46,677 nucleotides of DNA, from the IMG/VR virus record IMGVR_UViG_3300025114_000005, positions 1 through 46,677 of that record. One strand, given 5' to 3'. The translations under genes and the position numbers were made by a program. Shown one piece after another: positions 45,771 through 46,677 of this stretch (positions are counted from its first letter, which is position 1; each line of letters begins with the position of its first letter). Below the pieces are notes generated by a model that worked only from the letters and a program-made list of their open reading frames with translations, ran no database searches and had not been told where the DNA came from. This DNA is from a virus. Taxonomy: Duplodnaviria > Caudoviricetes.

Positions 45771-45926
45771 TTAATAATCCTTTAAGACCTCCTTGATCTT
45801 TTCCAGCATCTCATCATCCTTCTTGGACTTGGTAGCCTTAACAATCATTCCCACAATCTTGAGAATGATAGACTTAGCACCTTTCTTTCTGACTTGACCA
45901 GCAATATAAACGGACAACATACTCAT
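45771..45926 (-). CDS. small holin-like/amphipathic protein (51 aa)
   Basis: Not in ORF track. MSMLSVYIAGQVRKKGAKSIILKIVGMIVKATKSKKDDEMLEKIKEVLKDY*. ATGA overlap. Confidence 0.65.
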   Translation of the reverse strand: MSMLSVYIAGQVRKKGAKSIILKIVGMIVKATKSKKDDEMLEKIKEVLKDY

Positions 45927-46078
45927 GATTCATCTTTCATAATCTTAACTCCGACAAGAACCTTCTTTATAGAAGTCCAAACCAAATCATCCATCTTACT
46001 GGGAGAAAGTGCAACAACCTTATCTATTGCCATGATAGCGATTAGTGCATATTCCCAATTTTCCATCATAAAGTCCAT
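45923..46078 (-). CDS. small holin-like membrane protein (51 aa)
   Basis: Not in ORF track. AGGAGG RBS at 46085-46090. MDFMMENWEYALIAIMAIDKVVALSPSKMDDLVWTSIKKVLVGVKIMKDES*. Confidence 0.7.
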   Translation of the reverse strand: MDFMMENWEYALIAIMAIDKVVALSPSKMDDLVWTSIKKVLVGVKIMKDES

Positions 46079-46095
46079 TACAGACCTCCTATTAT

Positions 46096-46314
46096 TTATC
46101 CAAATACTACAGAACTAACCAGAGCGAGAACAGAACCAAGAATGACACCAACAAGCGAACCAAGCCCCTTAAGCCACGCCACCTGTTTCGCAAGGTCAGA
46201 TTGTCGCTCATCCAATTTTCCAAGATAGCTCTTAATCCATTTGACATCGGTTTTGACCTCAGTCAAGTCAGTTTTTAAGTTGTCTCTCCAATCAGTCAGC
46301 TCTTGTCCGTTCAT
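46096..46314 (-). CDS. XhlA-like coiled-coil protein with C-terminal transmembrane helix
   Basis: LTEVKTDVKWIK coiled coil followed by GLGSLVGVILGSVLALVSSVVFG. Confidence 0.7.
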   Translation of the reverse strand: MNGQELTDWRDNLKTDLTEVKTDVKWIKSYLGKLDERQSDLAKQVAWLKGLGSLVGVILGSVLALVSSVVFG

Positions 46315-46317
46315 TTC

Positions 46318-46545
46318 TTATCCACATATCTTTTTATTCGTTCCTCTAAGTCTATTCGTTACTTCTTGTTCCACGTTGTCCACGAAAATCCATTTTGTTT
46401 TAGCAGGTGTTGACACATATAAATCAATAGAGTTATGAGCACTCCCCAGAATACGTGTGGTGCTACCTGTCTTACCGATGCCATTATCATGGCACTTACA
46501 ATTGCAATTGCGCACGCTATTACTGGGTCTTTCATTATCCACCAT
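46318..46545 (-). CDS. hypothetical protein (competes with an alternative-frame ORF)
   Basis: 75 aa with CNCKCH. Stop lies 3 nt before the next start. Confidence 0.45.
   Translation of the reverse strand: MVDNERPSNSVRNCNCKCHDNGIGKTGSTTRILGSAHNSIDLYVSTPAKTKWIFVDNVEQEVTNRLRGTNKKICG
46359..46535 (-). CDS. two-TM small protein, holin candidate (alternative frame)
   Basis: Not in ORF track. TAATG-coupled. MKDPVIACAIAIVSAMIMASVRQVAPHVFWGVLITLLIYMCQHLLKQNGFSWTTWNKK*. Confidence 0.4.
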   Translation of the reverse strand: MKDPVIACAIAIVSAMIMASVRQVAPHVFWGVLITLLIYMCQHLLKQNGFSWTTWNKK

Positions 46546-46677
46546 TTCTAAATTGCCTCAACAAATCCTTGTTAAGTTCTTGTATCTCGTCCTTTGTCTC
46601 TTCCATACCAGCCACAATCTGGTCTTTTAAGTTATCAAATCTTCGGTGCATGACTTCCACCTTCTTGTCTGTATTCA
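46535..46677 (-). CDS. coiled-coil protein (partial, enters from window edge)
   Basis: Open frame ...NTDKKVEVMHRRFDNLKDQIVAGMEETKDEIQELNKDLLRQFRNGG*. Confidence 0.55.
   Translation of the reverse strand, partial: NTDKKVEVMHRRFDNLKDQIVAGMEETKDEIQELNKDLLRQFRNGG

Noticed and set aside
132-46438. Numerous 60-135 aa antisense or nested ORFs in the track (e.g. 8291..8698 +, 4863..5201 +, 15761..16132 -, 44898..45293 -)
   Set aside because: They are shadow frames of well-supported genes, with no RBS or recognisable motifs.
1-46677. Assignment to crAssphage and stop-codon reassignment
   Set aside because: Long ORFs are intact in code 11, TAG and TGA end genes at sensible places, SD sites are strong, and no DNA polymerase is present.
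1-46677. CRISPR array, tRNA, rRNA, integrase or transposase
   Set aside because: I saw no regularly spaced direct repeats, cloverleaf with T-loop, or recombinase/transposase motifs by eye.

Overview
This window is most or all of a lytic, podovirus-like dsDNA phage genome in standard genetic code with strong AGGAGG ribosome-binding sites. It has two arms. The minus-strand late arm covers 1-10822 (M15 endolysin, terminase, portal, scaffold, major capsid, adaptor-like proteins) and 23515-46677 (holin-like peptides, metallophosphoesterase, LysM/peptidoglycan-binding protein, tail nozzle, tail fibre with S74 chaperone, ejection-type proteins, and a 2956-aa protein with a DxDGD two-barrel RNA polymerase motif). 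The plus-strand early/middle arm covers 11269-23429 (small ORFs, HTH protein, single-strand annealing protein, SSB-like protein, AEP primase-helicase fusion, Gp157-like protein, HNH). The standout is a compact phage-encoded ubiquitin-like conjugation cassette at 14586-18336: a beta-grasp Ubl ending KSG-D, an E2-like protein (HPHI-x5-C), a JAB/JAMM peptidase and a ThiF/E1 enzyme with a PCT cysteine. Long GU-containing stem-loops recur at gene boundaries across the plus arm. I recognised no DNA polymerase, integrase, tRNA or CRISPR array. All calls come from motifs read by eye; no database search or folding program was run.
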